29,951 nucleotides of DNA. It comes from a virus (lineage: Duplodnaviria; Caudoviricetes). The DNA lies in IMG/VR virus record IMGVR_UViG_3300044476_000088, positions 1 through 29,951 of that record. One strand, 5' to 3'. The position numbers and the translations under genes are program-made. Below are positions 17,626 through 25,848 of this stretch, piece by piece (within the stretch, counting starts at the first letter, position 1; the number at the start of each line of letters is the position of its first letter). The notes under the pieces were generated by a model. The model did not search any database, was not told where the DNA came from, and was given only the letters and a program-made list of their open reading frames with translations.

Positions 17626-18111
17626 ATGCGCAACATCAAGGCCCCCGTAGTCGCTTACATCTACCACCATCCCGCCGGTGAGCATGGGAACGAGGAGCAT
17701 GTCGTTCGGTTCCTCCGCCTCCACGAGGGAACGCCGATGGGCTCGCTCGACGCCACGGTGAATGGGTGGTGCCTCGACAACCTGGAGTTCCGCGTCTGGT
17801 ATCGCGAAGGCGAGAAGCCGGTGTGGGATGAGACTGAGTGCTGCGCCGACCTGCACTATCAGATCGACCACGAGCGGCTGTTCTTCTGGAACGTGGAGGC
17901 GATGGCCGACACGCTGAAGCGCGTACGGAAGAGCCTGGAGAAGAGCATCACCAAGCTCGGCTACCCCACGAGCTGGGGCGAGCGGTTGCTGCAGCTCGGC
18001 ATGCTGTTCGGCGTCACTGAATATCGGCTGGTGACGCGTGAAGATTACGGCTACGCCAACATCGAATACTCTGTCCTAACCCCCTCCAGTGTGAGGAGCA
18101 TCAAGTGTTAG
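17626..18111 (+). CDS. Hypothetical early protein (161 aa)
   Basis: AAGGAG RBS, phage-like codon usage. Confidence 0.8.
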   Translation: MRNIKAPVVAYIYHHPAGEHGNEEHVVRFLRLHEGTPMGSLDATVNGWCLDNLEFRVWYREGEKPVWDETECCADLHYQIDHERLFFWNVEAMADTLKRVRKSLEKSITKLGYPTSWGERLLQLGMLFGVTEYRLVTREDYGYANIEYSVLTPSSVRSIKC

Positions 18112-18299
18112 CTATCACAGTGCGCGACGCGTTGGGCCGCGTGCTGAGGAGAGTTGCTGGGATCAACACGCTCGCGCGTGCCCAGCAGCTCTCGCGAGAG
18201 CTGAAGCAGCTGCCCGCCGCCCATAAGATCGAAGTCAAAGGCATGGACCTCCACCGCAACTATCACGACTACACCATCGAAGGAAACCACCATGATTGA
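18105..18299 (+). CDS. Hypothetical protein (64 aa)
   Basis: GTG start with GAGGAG RBS; overlaps both neighbours. Confidence 0.65.
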   Translation: MLAITVRDALGRVLRRVAGINTLARAQQLSRELKQLPAAHKIEVKGMDLHRNYHDYTIEGNHHD

Positions 18300-18582
18300 A
18301 CTCACGCTCTCCAGCTACTGGGAAACGAAGATGCGCCGCTGCTACGGCGAGCTGCGCGGCAAGCCGGTGACGAAGGTGCCCATGAGTTACATCCAGAAGT
18401 ATGTGGGTGCGGTGCGCGCCACCGAGTTCGTGTATCGCGGCATGGTGCCCTACCAGCTCCCCGGCGGGGCGATCTACGACGGCCAGCAGATCAGCATGGA
18501 CGATCTGCTGCAGATGGGCGTGCCGAAGATCCTGCTCCGCTGGAACATGGACCGTGACCTCTCCACGCTCGTGATCAAATGA
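18292..18582 (+). CDS. Hypothetical protein (96 aa)
   Basis: AAGGA RBS, typical codon usage. Confidence 0.75.
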   Translation: MIELTLSSYWETKMRRCYGELRGKPVTKVPMSYIQKYVGAVRATEFVYRGMVPYQLPGGAIYDGQQISMDDLLQMGVPKILLRWNMDRDLSTLVIK

Positions 18583-18683
18583 CACGCCTGCACCAAGCTG
18601 TCGCAATCGTTGCGGACGTGCTACTGATCGCAGTGTGCGTCCGCCTGCTGCTAATCCTGTCCTTCACTGGAGACTGCCCATGA
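18579..18683 (+). CDS. 34-aa hydrophobic (single-TM) microprotein
   Basis: MTRLHQAVAIVADVLLIAVCVRLLLILSFTGDCP; ATGA overlaps at both ends; below the ORF-track cutoff. Confidence 0.6.
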   Translation: MTRLHQAVAIVADVLLIAVCVRLLLILSFTGDCP

Positions 18684-19003
18684 CCATACAAACACTCCTG
18701 GCCGTGCTACGCGAGGCCACACCCAAATACATCCGCGACAACCAGCGCCTCGCGAAGGCCGTCCACATGATGGACATCGAACACATAATCGCCATCGCGC
18801 AGACCAAGCTGGACATGGACTCCGTCGTCGCCATCATCAACGAACCTCCCAACATGCTGTTCGACGCACTCGGTGGCCTCTGCGAGGACGAGCCCAGCAA
18901 CCTACCGGAGGCGGCGGCTTTGGTCGCCATGCTGGCCGCGCTCTCCACGCTGCAGGCCGACGCCGTGATCGCGGCTTACGCGAAGGAGGAGTGCCGTGTC
19001 TGA
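18680..19003 (+). CDS. Hypothetical protein (107 aa)
   Basis: Start moved to ATG 18680 (GGAG RBS). Confidence 0.7.
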   Translation: MTIQTLLAVLREATPKYIRDNQRLAKAVHMMDIEHIIAIAQTKLDMDSVVAIINEPPNMLFDALGGLCEDEPSNLPEAAALVAMLAALSTLQADAVIAAYAKEECRV

Positions 19004-19184
19004 CCTCGGAGCCAAACTGATCGACGATTATGTTGTCAACGGGCCTGGGACGCTGCTACAGGCCATCGATGGCGATCCTGACACCATCCACATTCTACCG
19101 ATGCTGCTGACGCGCATCGAGAAGGAGGCCCCGCTCTATGCGAACACCTTCACCGAAGATTTCGCCGACTACTTCCCCTGTTGA
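18996..19184 (+). CDS. Hypothetical protein (62 aa, acidic)
   Basis: GTG start with AAGGAGGAG RBS. Confidence 0.6.
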   Translation: MSDLGAKLIDDYVVNGPGTLLQAIDGDPDTIHILPMLLTRIEKEAPLYANTFTEDFADYFPC

Positions 19185-19389
19185 GCATCCGCCCCACTAC
19201 ACGGGCGGCACTATCGAGTGCATCGACAGCGTCGAAGCGATGCTCGGGCGCGAGGGCTTCATCGCCTTCCTGCGCGGGCAGATCCACAAATACAACTGGA
19301 GGCTCCTCCACAAGGAGGACGCGCTGCAGGACGTCCAGAAGCTGGGCTGGTATCAGCGCAAGCTGGAGGAGGCGCTACGTGACCGATGA
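19138..19389 (+). CDS. DUF3310 (SaV-like / T7 gp1.7 nucleotide-kinase-like) protein
   Basis: VEHPPHYTGGTIECID...FLRGQIHKYNWR...K....QDVQK..WY signature; AAGGAGG RBS. Confidence 0.85.
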   Translation: MRTPSPKISPTTSPVEHPPHYTGGTIECIDSVEAMLGREGFIAFLRGQIHKYNWRLLHKEDALQDVQKLGWYQRKLEEALRDR

Positions 19390-19437
19390 ACTGATCCGCA
19401 CACTGAAGGCCGTCTTCTACCTTACCCCGGAGCCACC

Positions 19438-19743
19438 GTGCCCCCCACCTACTACGAAACCCTCGGAGTAGCACCGTCTGCTACGGCCAGTGAGATCCGC
19501 GTCGCCTATGTTGAGCTGGCGCGGCTGCATCATCCTGACGCTGGCGGCAACGACGCCGCCATGACCGTCATCAACACCGCTTACAACGCGCTCATGCATC
19601 ACCGCGCGGCGTATGATCGCAGGCTGCGTGTGCTGCGCAAGATCTGCGACAAGTGCCGTGGGACCGGCAGAGTAGCAAAGTCGTTCACCGCCACCAAAAC
19701 CTGCCCGACCTGTCATGGATCCGGGTATACTGATCGTCACTGA
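19438..19743 (+). CDS. J-domain protein with DnaJ-type zinc finger
   Basis: YYETLGV...EIRVAY..LARLHHPD..G...INTAY plus CDKCRGTG and CPTCHGSG. Confidence 0.88.
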   Translation: MPPTYYETLGVAPSATASEIRVAYVELARLHHPDAGGNDAAMTVINTAYNALMHHRAAYDRRLRVLRKICDKCRGTGRVAKSFTATKTCPTCHGSGYTDRH

Positions 19744-19752
19744 GGAGCCACC

Positions 19753-20130
19753 ATGAAACCTACCATCGACTCTCTGGGCAAGACCGCGGACGCTTACTAC
19801 AAAGCGCGGGAGAAGCGGCTCGAAGCCGACAAGATCTCCGCGAAGCTGAAAGAGGAAGAGACGCGTCTCGCCAATCTCCTGATCGCCACGCTGGCGAAGG
19901 ACACCACCGGCGTAGCAGGCAAGTTGGTGCGTGTCTACGTCGACACCGTCGAGCAGCCCAAGATCGTGGACCGTGACAAGTTCATGGCCTGGGTCGGCAA
20001 GCACAAGGCGTGGGAATTGGTCCCCGCCTCCGTCAATAAGGCCCCCTGGCGCGAGCGCACCGAGGACGGCGAGAAGATCCCCGGTCTGGACACGATCCTC
20101 GTCCCCAAGCTCCACTGCAACCTTCTGTAG
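19753..20130 (+). CDS. Conserved phage replication-cluster protein (coiled-coil N-terminus)
   Basis: GAGGAG RBS; ...DRDKFMAWV...GEKIPGL pattern common upstream of SSB-like genes. Confidence 0.8.
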   Translation: MKPTIDSLGKTADAYYKAREKRLEADKISAKLKEEETRLANLLIATLAKDTTGVAGKLVRVYVDTVEQPKIVDRDKFMAWVGKHKAWELVPASVNKAPWRERTEDGEKIPGLDTILVPKLHCNLL

Positions 20131-20142
20131 CAGCTCTGCCTC

Positions 20143-20161
20143 GGCCCCTTACGGGGCCTTT
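20143..20161 (+). terminator. Hairpin; weak terminator or processing site
   Basis: GGCCCC-TTAC-GGGGCC-TTT, extendable by CTGCC/GGCAG. Confidence 0.5.
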
Positions 20162-20224
20162 GGCAGTGTAGCCCGTCGCATCGTGCGGCTGGCACATCCC
20201 ACCCATTTTTCTCTGAGGTCCACC

Positions 20225-21013
20225 ATGGCAAAAGCCACCACCGCTCCCGCTCCCACCCACCAGCTCAACACCTGGAAGGAGAGGCTCGACAAGTTCGCTA
20301 AGCGCGCCACGGCCAGCACCGCGAACAACATCTCCGGCAAGACCATCTCCACCAAGGGCGGCAAGTTCGCCATCGACGGCGTCAAGACTGACGAGTTCGT
20401 CGGCGTTATCCTCGACGTCGCTGTCGTGAAGGCCTACTACGACAACGCTTACGATCCCGCCAACCCGCAGCCCCCGAGCTGCTACGCGATCTCCCGCGAT
20501 GGTGCCGATATGACGCCGCACGCGAAGGTCAAGGATCCGCTCTGCAAGAGCTGCTCCGAGTGCCGGTGGAACAAGTTCGGGACTGCTACGCTCGGCAAGG
20601 GCAAGGCTTGCAAGGACACTCTGCGCCTGCACATCCTCAAGATCGAGGACGCGGACCAGAAGATCGTCGAGCCCTACGTGCTGTCCATCCCGCCCACCGG
20701 CTTGAAGGCTGCGTCCACCTACCTCAAGGGCGTCGAGGATCTCGGCCTCTGCCCCCAGGTCGTTGCTACGCGCTTCCGCATCGAGCAGGACGACTCCACC
20801 TTCTTCCAGATCTCCTTCGAGGTCGACGAAGAGCTGGACGAAGCCACCGGCGGTAAGTTCCTCGACCACGCTGACCGTGCCGGAGACAACGTGCTGGCCC
20901 ACTTCAGCGAGCGCGAGGCTGGCGACGCCCCTGCACCCACTCCCCGCGTGCCCAATGCCAAGATCAAGGGCACTCCCGTCAAACCCGCCGCGCCTGTGAA
21001 GCGTGGCCGATAA
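20225..21013 (+). CDS. Putative ssDNA-binding/recombination protein with Cys motif
   Basis: Start moved to ATG 20225 (GAGG RBS). YY...YDP.NP.PP.C..S.DG, CxxC.WN.FG, GKGKACK and a disordered C-tail; upstream of the polymerase; highly biased codons. Confidence 0.7.
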   Translation: MAKATTAPAPTHQLNTWKERLDKFAKRATASTANNISGKTISTKGGKFAIDGVKTDEFVGVILDVAVVKAYYDNAYDPANPQPPSCYAISRDGADMTPHAKVKDPLCKSCSECRWNKFGTATLGKGKACKDTLRLHILKIEDADQKIVEPYVLSIPPTGLKAASTYLKGVEDLGLCPQVVATRFRIEQDDSTFFQISFEVDEELDEATGGKFLDHADRAGDNVLAHFSEREAGDAPAPTPRVPNAKIKGTPVKPAAPVKRGR

Positions 21014-21022
21014 GGAGGACAC

Positions 21023-21184
21023 ATGAAGATCGATCCGAAGGAACTGAAGGCGCGCATCAAGGCTGAGAAGGCCGCGCTCAAGGCCATGGCTCTCGACGTG
21101 AAGGGCGCTGCCAAGGCGCTCGCTACCGCCACCAAGGCGCACGAGAAGCAGGCCAAGCTGGTCGCCAAGCTCGAAGCCAAGTAG
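21023..21184 (+). CDS. 53-aa Lys/Ala-rich helical protein
   Basis: MKIDPKELKARIKAEKAALKAMALDVKGAAKALATATKAHEKQAKLVAKLEAK; TAAGGAGG RBS; not in the ORF track. Confidence 0.8.
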   Translation: MKIDPKELKARIKAEKAALKAMALDVKGAAKALATATKAHEKQAKLVAKLEAK

Positions 21185-21196
21185 CCGCAGTGAACC

Positions 21197-21228
21197 AAGA
21201 GGGAGCGTGCTACACACGCTCCCTCTTT
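21197..21228 (+). terminator. Rho-independent terminator-like hairpin
   Basis: AAGAGGGAGCGTG-CTACA-CACGCTCCCTCTT, a 13-bp stem with only a short T run. Confidence 0.65.
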
Positions 21229-21245
21229 CCCTACGTGGAGCCATC

Positions 21246-23093
21246 GTGATCACCATCGACTTCGAGACTGCGCGCATCGAGCGCCGTCCACACTACCCAC
21301 CCAAGCCGGTGGGCGTTGCCATCAAGATCGGCGCGCGCAAGGCCAGGTATTATGCGTGGGGCCATCCCACCGAGAACAACTGCACGTTCGAGGAAGCGCG
21401 CACCGCGTTGCGCGAAGCCTACGTGAGCGGCGAGCCGCTGCTCTTCCACAATGCCAAGTTCGATCTCGAAGTAGCGGAGAAGCACTTCGGGCTCAGCATC
21501 CCGTCCTGGGAGCGCATCCACGACACGATGTTCCAGGTGTTCCTCTGCGAGCCCTACGCAACGACCTTCGCGCTGAAGCCCACCGCTGAGCGCGTGCTGG
21601 GCCTGCCGCCTGAAGAGCAGGACGCGGTGCATGCGTGGCTGCTGGAGAAGCGCATCGTCACCAAGGTCCAGAAGGACTGGGGCGCCTACATCTCTGAAGC
21701 TCCCGGCAAACTGGTCGGACGCTACGCCGTCGGCGACGTCGAGCGCACCTACGCGCTGCACAAGAGGCTGTTCGCGCAGATCCTCTCCATGGATATGGGC
21801 GCGGCGTATGATCGCGAGCGCAGGCTCATGCCGATCTTGCTACGCAACGAGCAGCAGGGCCTGCGCGTGGACCTCGAAGCTCTCACGCGCGATGTCCTCG
21901 CCTACGACGCCGCGATGTTCGACGCTGACGCATGGCTGCGCAAGCGGCTGAAGACTCCGTCGCTGAACGTGTCCTCCAATGAGGAGTTCGCCGACGCGCT
22001 GGAGCGTGCTGGCGTGGTCACCGAGTTCATGTTGACGGCGAAGGGCAACCGCTCCGTCGCCAAGAACTCCCTGGTCGGAAGCATGTTCAAGGACCAGGAA
22101 GTCTTCCGCGTCTACGGCTACCGGAATCGGCTTGCTACATGCGTCGGCACGTTCATGCTGCCCTGGAAGGAACTGGCCGAAGCGAACAAGGGGCGGATCC
22201 ACACGTCGTGGAACCAGATCAAGAGCATGGACGGCGGCGCGAAGACGGGCCGGATGTCATCCTCCCCCAACTTCCAGAACATCCCGAAGATGTTTGCTAC
22301 AGGCAAGGAAGCACAAGGATGGGACTACCCCACGAAGGTGACGCTCCCGCTCCTCCCACGGCTACGTAGCTACGTTCTGCCGGACAAGGGCGAGGTCTTC
22401 TGCCATCGAGACTACAGCCAGCAGGAGATCCGCGTCCTCGCGCACTACGAGAACAGCACGCTCCTCGACGCGTTCTTGATGGCAAAGCCACCGGCAGAGT
22501 TGTGCGACGCCGCTGGCCGCATCGACATCCACAAGTTCGTGCAGGTATCGATCAAGAACCAGCTCGGCATGGCGTTGGAGCGCGGCGCGGTGAAGACAGT
22601 CAATTTCGGCATGCTCTACGGGATGGGCCTTGCTACGCTGGCCGCGCGCCTGGGCGTGTCGGACGACGAGGCACGCACGATCCGCGACGCGCAGCGCAGC
22701 GTGATGCCAGGGATGCTGGAGCTGGACAAGGAGCTGAAGCTCATCGGCAGGTCCGGCGACTTCATGCGCACCTGGGGTGGTCGTGTCTACTATCGCGAGC
22801 CTGACGACGAGCGCGACCTGTCCTACAAGATGCTGAACCACTTAATCCAGGGCAGCTCGGCGGACATCACCAAGCAGGCCCTGATCAACCTGGACGCGCG
22901 CGACGATTTCAGAGGACGACTGCTCGTCACCGTCCATGATGAAATCAACACGAGCAGCAAGCCTCGCGACGTAGCACACAACATGCGCGTCATGCGCGAA
23001 GCGATGCTGGACATCGACGGCATCGACGTGCCGATGATCTCTGACGGAAAGACCGGACCACGCTGGAGCGATCTTCAGCCCTACAAAGGATGA
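21246..23093 (+). CDS. polA: Family A DNA polymerase with 3'-5' exonuclease
   Basis: GTG start with GGAG RBS; Exo I DFET, Exo II HNAKFD, Exo III YAVGD; TGRMSS; motif A DYSQQEIR, motif B KTVNFGMLYG, motif C TVHDE. Confidence 0.95.
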   Translation: MITIDFETARIERRPHYPPKPVGVAIKIGARKARYYAWGHPTENNCTFEEARTALREAYVSGEPLLFHNAKFDLEVAEKHFGLSIPSWERIHDTMFQVFLCEPYATTFALKPTAERVLGLPPEEQDAVHAWLLEKRIVTKVQKDWGAYISEAPGKLVGRYAVGDVERTYALHKRLFAQILSMDMGAAYDRERRLMPILLRNEQQGLRVDLEALTRDVLAYDAAMFDADAWLRKRLKTPSLNVSSNEEFADALERAGVVTEFMLTAKGNRSVAKNSLVGSMFKDQEVFRVYGYRNRLATCVGTFMLPWKELAEANKGRIHTSWNQIKSMDGGAKTGRMSSSPNFQNIPKMFATGKEAQGWDYPTKVTLPLLPRLRSYVLPDKGEVFCHRDYSQQEIRVLAHYENSTLLDAFLMAKPPAELCDAAGRIDIHKFVQVSIKNQLGMALERGAVKTVNFGMLYGMGLATLAARLGVSDDEARTIRDAQRSVMPGMLELDKELKLIGRSGDFMRTWGGRVYYREPDDERDLSYKMLNHLIQGSSADITKQALINLDARDDFRGRLLVTVHDEINTSSKPRDVAHNMRVMREAMLDIDGIDVPMISDGKTGPRWSDLQPYKG

Positions 23094-23308
23094 CCGCCAT
23101 GTTCGAGGAAGAAGTTCAGAAGGTTCTCGATCTGCTACACGCAGAACAGGGAGCCTATCTCAAGCTGATCGCGGCAGGCGATGACGCCCCCAAGGAGCTG
23201 CACCACGCCTACGGTGAGTGCATCGCGGCGCGCGTCACCGCCGAGATGAGTCTCATCGGATCGCTGCGCAAGCATGTGATGGGGGATCCCGATGCCGTGG
23301 TCATATAG
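23090..23308 (+). CDS. Hypothetical protein (72 aa)
   Basis: ATGA overlap with the polymerase stop. Confidence 0.65.
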   Translation: MTAMFEEEVQKVLDLLHAEQGAYLKLIAAGDDAPKELHHAYGECIAARVTAEMSLIGSLRKHVMGDPDAVVI

Positions 23309-23942
23309 TCGCTGGCAGTGCTACCGGCAGTGCCCCGCGAAGTTCGCGCATCAATACGTGTGGAAGACGCCGGTGGAAGTAGCACCGAGCGCGGCCCTAG
23401 CGCGTGGCAACGAGATCCACGAACATGCTGAGCGGTTCGTGAATGGCGAGGTAGACGATCTGCACGAGTCACTCTACCGATTGGAGAAGGGCCTCCGCGA
23501 TCTACGCAAGCGCGGTGCTATCGCCGAGAGTGGGTGGGGCCTTACCGAGGAGTGGGAGCCCATCGAGTGGGACCACCGCAGCGTGTGGCTTCGGTTGAAG
23601 GTCGACGTGCTGCATCCGCTCGGGAAGAGCGGCGCGAAGATCATCGACTACAAGACCGGCAAGTGCTACCCGGACCACCCAGAGCAACTCGGCCTCTACG
23701 CGCTCGCCACGTTCCGAATGTTCCCAGAGCTGGAGATCATCCACGCTGAGGACTGGTATGTGGACACCGGCATCGTCAGCAAGACTGAGACGTTCACCAA
23801 ACGCGAGGAGCCAATGCTACGCAAGATGTGGTCAGGCCGCGCCAAGCCTCTGTTCGAGGACACCGTCTACGCACCCACGGCGAACAAGTTCTGCAAGTGG
23901 TGCCCCTTCTCAAAGTTGAACGGAGGACCGTGTGAGTTCTAA
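23292..23942 (+). CDS. PD-(D/E)XK Cas4/RecB-like exonuclease
   Basis: WSYSR..Y.QCP, RGNEIH, E, KVD, IIDYKTG, QLGLYAL and C-terminal CKWC...C (4-Cys Fe-S pattern). Confidence 0.9.
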   Translation: MPWSYSRWQCYRQCPAKFAHQYVWKTPVEVAPSAALARGNEIHEHAERFVNGEVDDLHESLYRLEKGLRDLRKRGAIAESGWGLTEEWEPIEWDHRSVWLRLKVDVLHPLGKSGAKIIDYKTGKCYPDHPEQLGLYALATFRMFPELEIIHAEDWYVDTGIVSKTETFTKREEPMLRKMWSGRAKPLFEDTVYAPTANKFCKWCPFSKLNGGPCEF

Positions 23943-24153
23943 ACCGAAAGTCAACATCACCAAGATCCACGTTGCCATAGAGGTCTGCGACCTCTTCGGC
24001 AACGGCGACTGCCTCACTGCTACAACGGACGCGGTGCTCAGCCCTGACGTGCTGGATCGTGTGACGCTCCATCCCAAGGAGTTGCCTCGCGTAGCAGCGG
24101 AGATGGCGAAGGCCGTCCTCGGCGGCATCGACACGAGGTATACGCTGCCATGA
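23932..24153 (+). CDS. Hypothetical protein (73 aa)
   Basis: GTG start with GGAGGA RBS; overlaps both neighbours. Confidence 0.65.
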   Translation: MSSKPKVNITKIHVAIEVCDLFGNGDCLTATTDAVLSPDVLDRVTLHPKELPRVAAEMAKAVLGGIDTRYTLP

Positions 24154-24719
24154 GACGAGAGCGAGATCTCATCGAACGCCCCGTCTGTGCGTGGGCGAAG
24201 AAGCATGGGATCCTCTACACCAAGAACGAACTGCACCACCATGCGGGATGGCCGGACGCGACGTTCTACATCGCCGGTGGCCGTCCCGTCATGCTGGAGT
24301 TCAAGGATCCCGCCGGTCTTGTCTCACCCATCCAACTGCACACCATCACACAACTGAGGAGCCTAGGCTATGAAGTCCACGTTGTCTTCAGCAAGGAAGA
24401 CGGCATCGCAGTTCTGGAAGCCGCACGAGTATCAGCTCAGAGCGGTGCAGCGGTGCATCGAGGTCGGCGCGCAGATGCTGATCCTGGACCCAGGTCTGGG
24501 GAAGACGAGCATCACGCTCGCCGTCGCGTCGCTCCTGCGGCAGAAGAAGATCATCCGCCGCACGCTGATCATCGCACCGCTCCGCGTGTGTCAGCTCGTG
24601 TGGCCTGCGGAGCTGAAGAAGTGGAGCGACTTCGCGCACCTTTCACTAAACGTGCTACACGGCAAGGACAAGGAGAAGCTGTTCCAACAGCAGGCCGACA
24701 TCGACGTGATAAATCCTGA
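24150..24719 (+). CDS. VRR-NUC domain nuclease
   Basis: ERDLIE...GWPD...LEFK..G..SPIQ....QLRSLGYEVHVV in the first ~90 aa; the rest overlaps the helicase gene. Confidence 0.85.
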   Translation: MRRERDLIERPVCAWAKKHGILYTKNELHHHAGWPDATFYIAGGRPVMLEFKDPAGLVSPIQLHTITQLRSLGYEVHVVFSKEDGIAVLEAARVSAQSGAAVHRGRRADADPGPRSGEDEHHARRRVAPAAEEDHPPHADHRTAPRVSARVACGAEEVERLRAPFTKRATRQGQGEAVPTAGRHRRDKS

Positions 24720-25848
24720 TGGTCTGGAGTGGCTGCTCGCGCACCCGAACATCGAATACGACATGCTCGTGGTCGACGAGTCCACGATGTTCAAGAACAC
24801 GCAGTCGAAGCGGTTCAAGCTGCTGAAGAAGCACCTCAACAAATTCCAGCGACGCTACTGCCTCACCGGCACGCCAGCATCGAACGGCCTGGAGGATCTC
24901 TTCGGGCAGGTCTACGTGCTGGATCAAGGCGGCACCTTCGGACGCTACGTCACGCACTTCCGTCAGGAGTTCTTCTTTGCTACAGGGTTCGGCGGCTACA
25001 CGTTGGTGCCGAAGCCTCACGCAGAGGAGCGCATCTATGAGAAGCTGTCTCCGCTTGCTACGCGCATGGCCGCGTCCGACTATCTGGAACTGCCACCGCT
25101 GATCAACAACACGATCCTCGTGGAACTGCCGCCCACCGCTGCGCGTTGCTACGCAGAGATGGAGCAGCAGTTCCTCACCGAGCTGCTGGACGGCACCACC
25201 ATCACTGCGGTGAACGCTGCCGTCAAGAGCGGCAAGCTGCGCCAGATCGCTGCCGGTGGGCTGTTCCTTCCCAGCGGTGAGGAGTGGGAGAACCTCCACA
25301 TGGAGAAGACCACCGCGCTGCGCGAGCTGACGGAGTCGATCCCCGGCAGGCCGGTCCTCGTAGCATTCGAGTTCCAGCACGACCTGGATCGCCTGCAGCA
25401 GGAGTTCGGCAAAGACCTGCCCTACATCGCCGGTGGTGTGAACGAGAAGCGTGTGAAGGAACTGGAGCGCGAGTGGAACCTGGGCCGCCTGCCGATCCTG
25501 GCAGGGCATCCCCGCTCCATGGGCCACGGGCTCAACCTGCAGGAGAGGTCAGACACCGTGGTCTGGCTGACGCCCACCTGGGATCTGGAGCTGCACGACC
25601 AGTTCATCCGGCGCGTCTGGCGGCAGGGCAACAAGGCCCCCCATGTCAACTGTCACTACCTGATTGCTCAGGGCACCGTAGATGAAGCGGTGATGCTGGC
25701 AATCGCGAACAAGAGCCGAACTCAAAATTCTTTGCTACTTGCCTTGCGCGAGTATGCTACACTGAAGGCCAACCATAAGGAGTCCCACCATGAAGCTCGC
25801 AATCAACAAGTCCAACAAGACCCAGTCCGTCGTCATCGGCGAAACTGA
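24370..25848 (+). CDS. SNF2-family (SF2) helicase
   Basis: PHEYQ, LDPGLGKT, IIAPLRV, VVDES, LTGTP, GHGLNLQ and RVWRQG; GAGGAG RBS. Confidence 0.93.
   Translation: MKSTLSSARKTASQFWKPHEYQLRAVQRCIEVGAQMLILDPGLGKTSITLAVASLLRQKKIIRRTLIIAPLRVCQLVWPAELKKWSDFAHLSLNVLHGKDKEKLFQQQADIDVINPDGLEWLLAHPNIEYDMLVVDESTMFKNTQSKRFKLLKKHLNKFQRRYCLTGTPASNGLEDLFGQVYVLDQGGTFGRYVTHFRQEFFFATGFGGYTLVPKPHAEERIYEKLSPLATRMAASDYLELPPLINNTILVELPPTAARCYAEMEQQFLTELLDGTTITAVNAAVKSGKLRQIAAGGLFLPSGEEWENLHMEKTTALRELTESIPGRPVLVAFEFQHDLDRLQQEFGKDLPYIAGGVNEKRVKELEREWNLGRLPILAGHPRSMGHGLNLQERSDTVVWLTPTWDLELHDQFIRRVWRQGNKAPHVNCHYLIAQGTVDEAVMLAIANKSRTQNSLLLALREYATLKANHKESHHEARNQQVQQDPVRRHRRN

Noticed and set aside
19379-19471. 30-aa ORF MTDELIRTLKAVFYLTPEPPCPPPTTKPSE with a GGAGG RBS
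   Set aside because: Plausible but short, and a third of it overlaps the J-domain gene; not enough support to list as a feature.
23292-23942. Cas4-like nuclease as part of a CRISPR-Cas system
   Set aside because: No array or other cas genes; it is a standard phage replication/recombination exonuclease.
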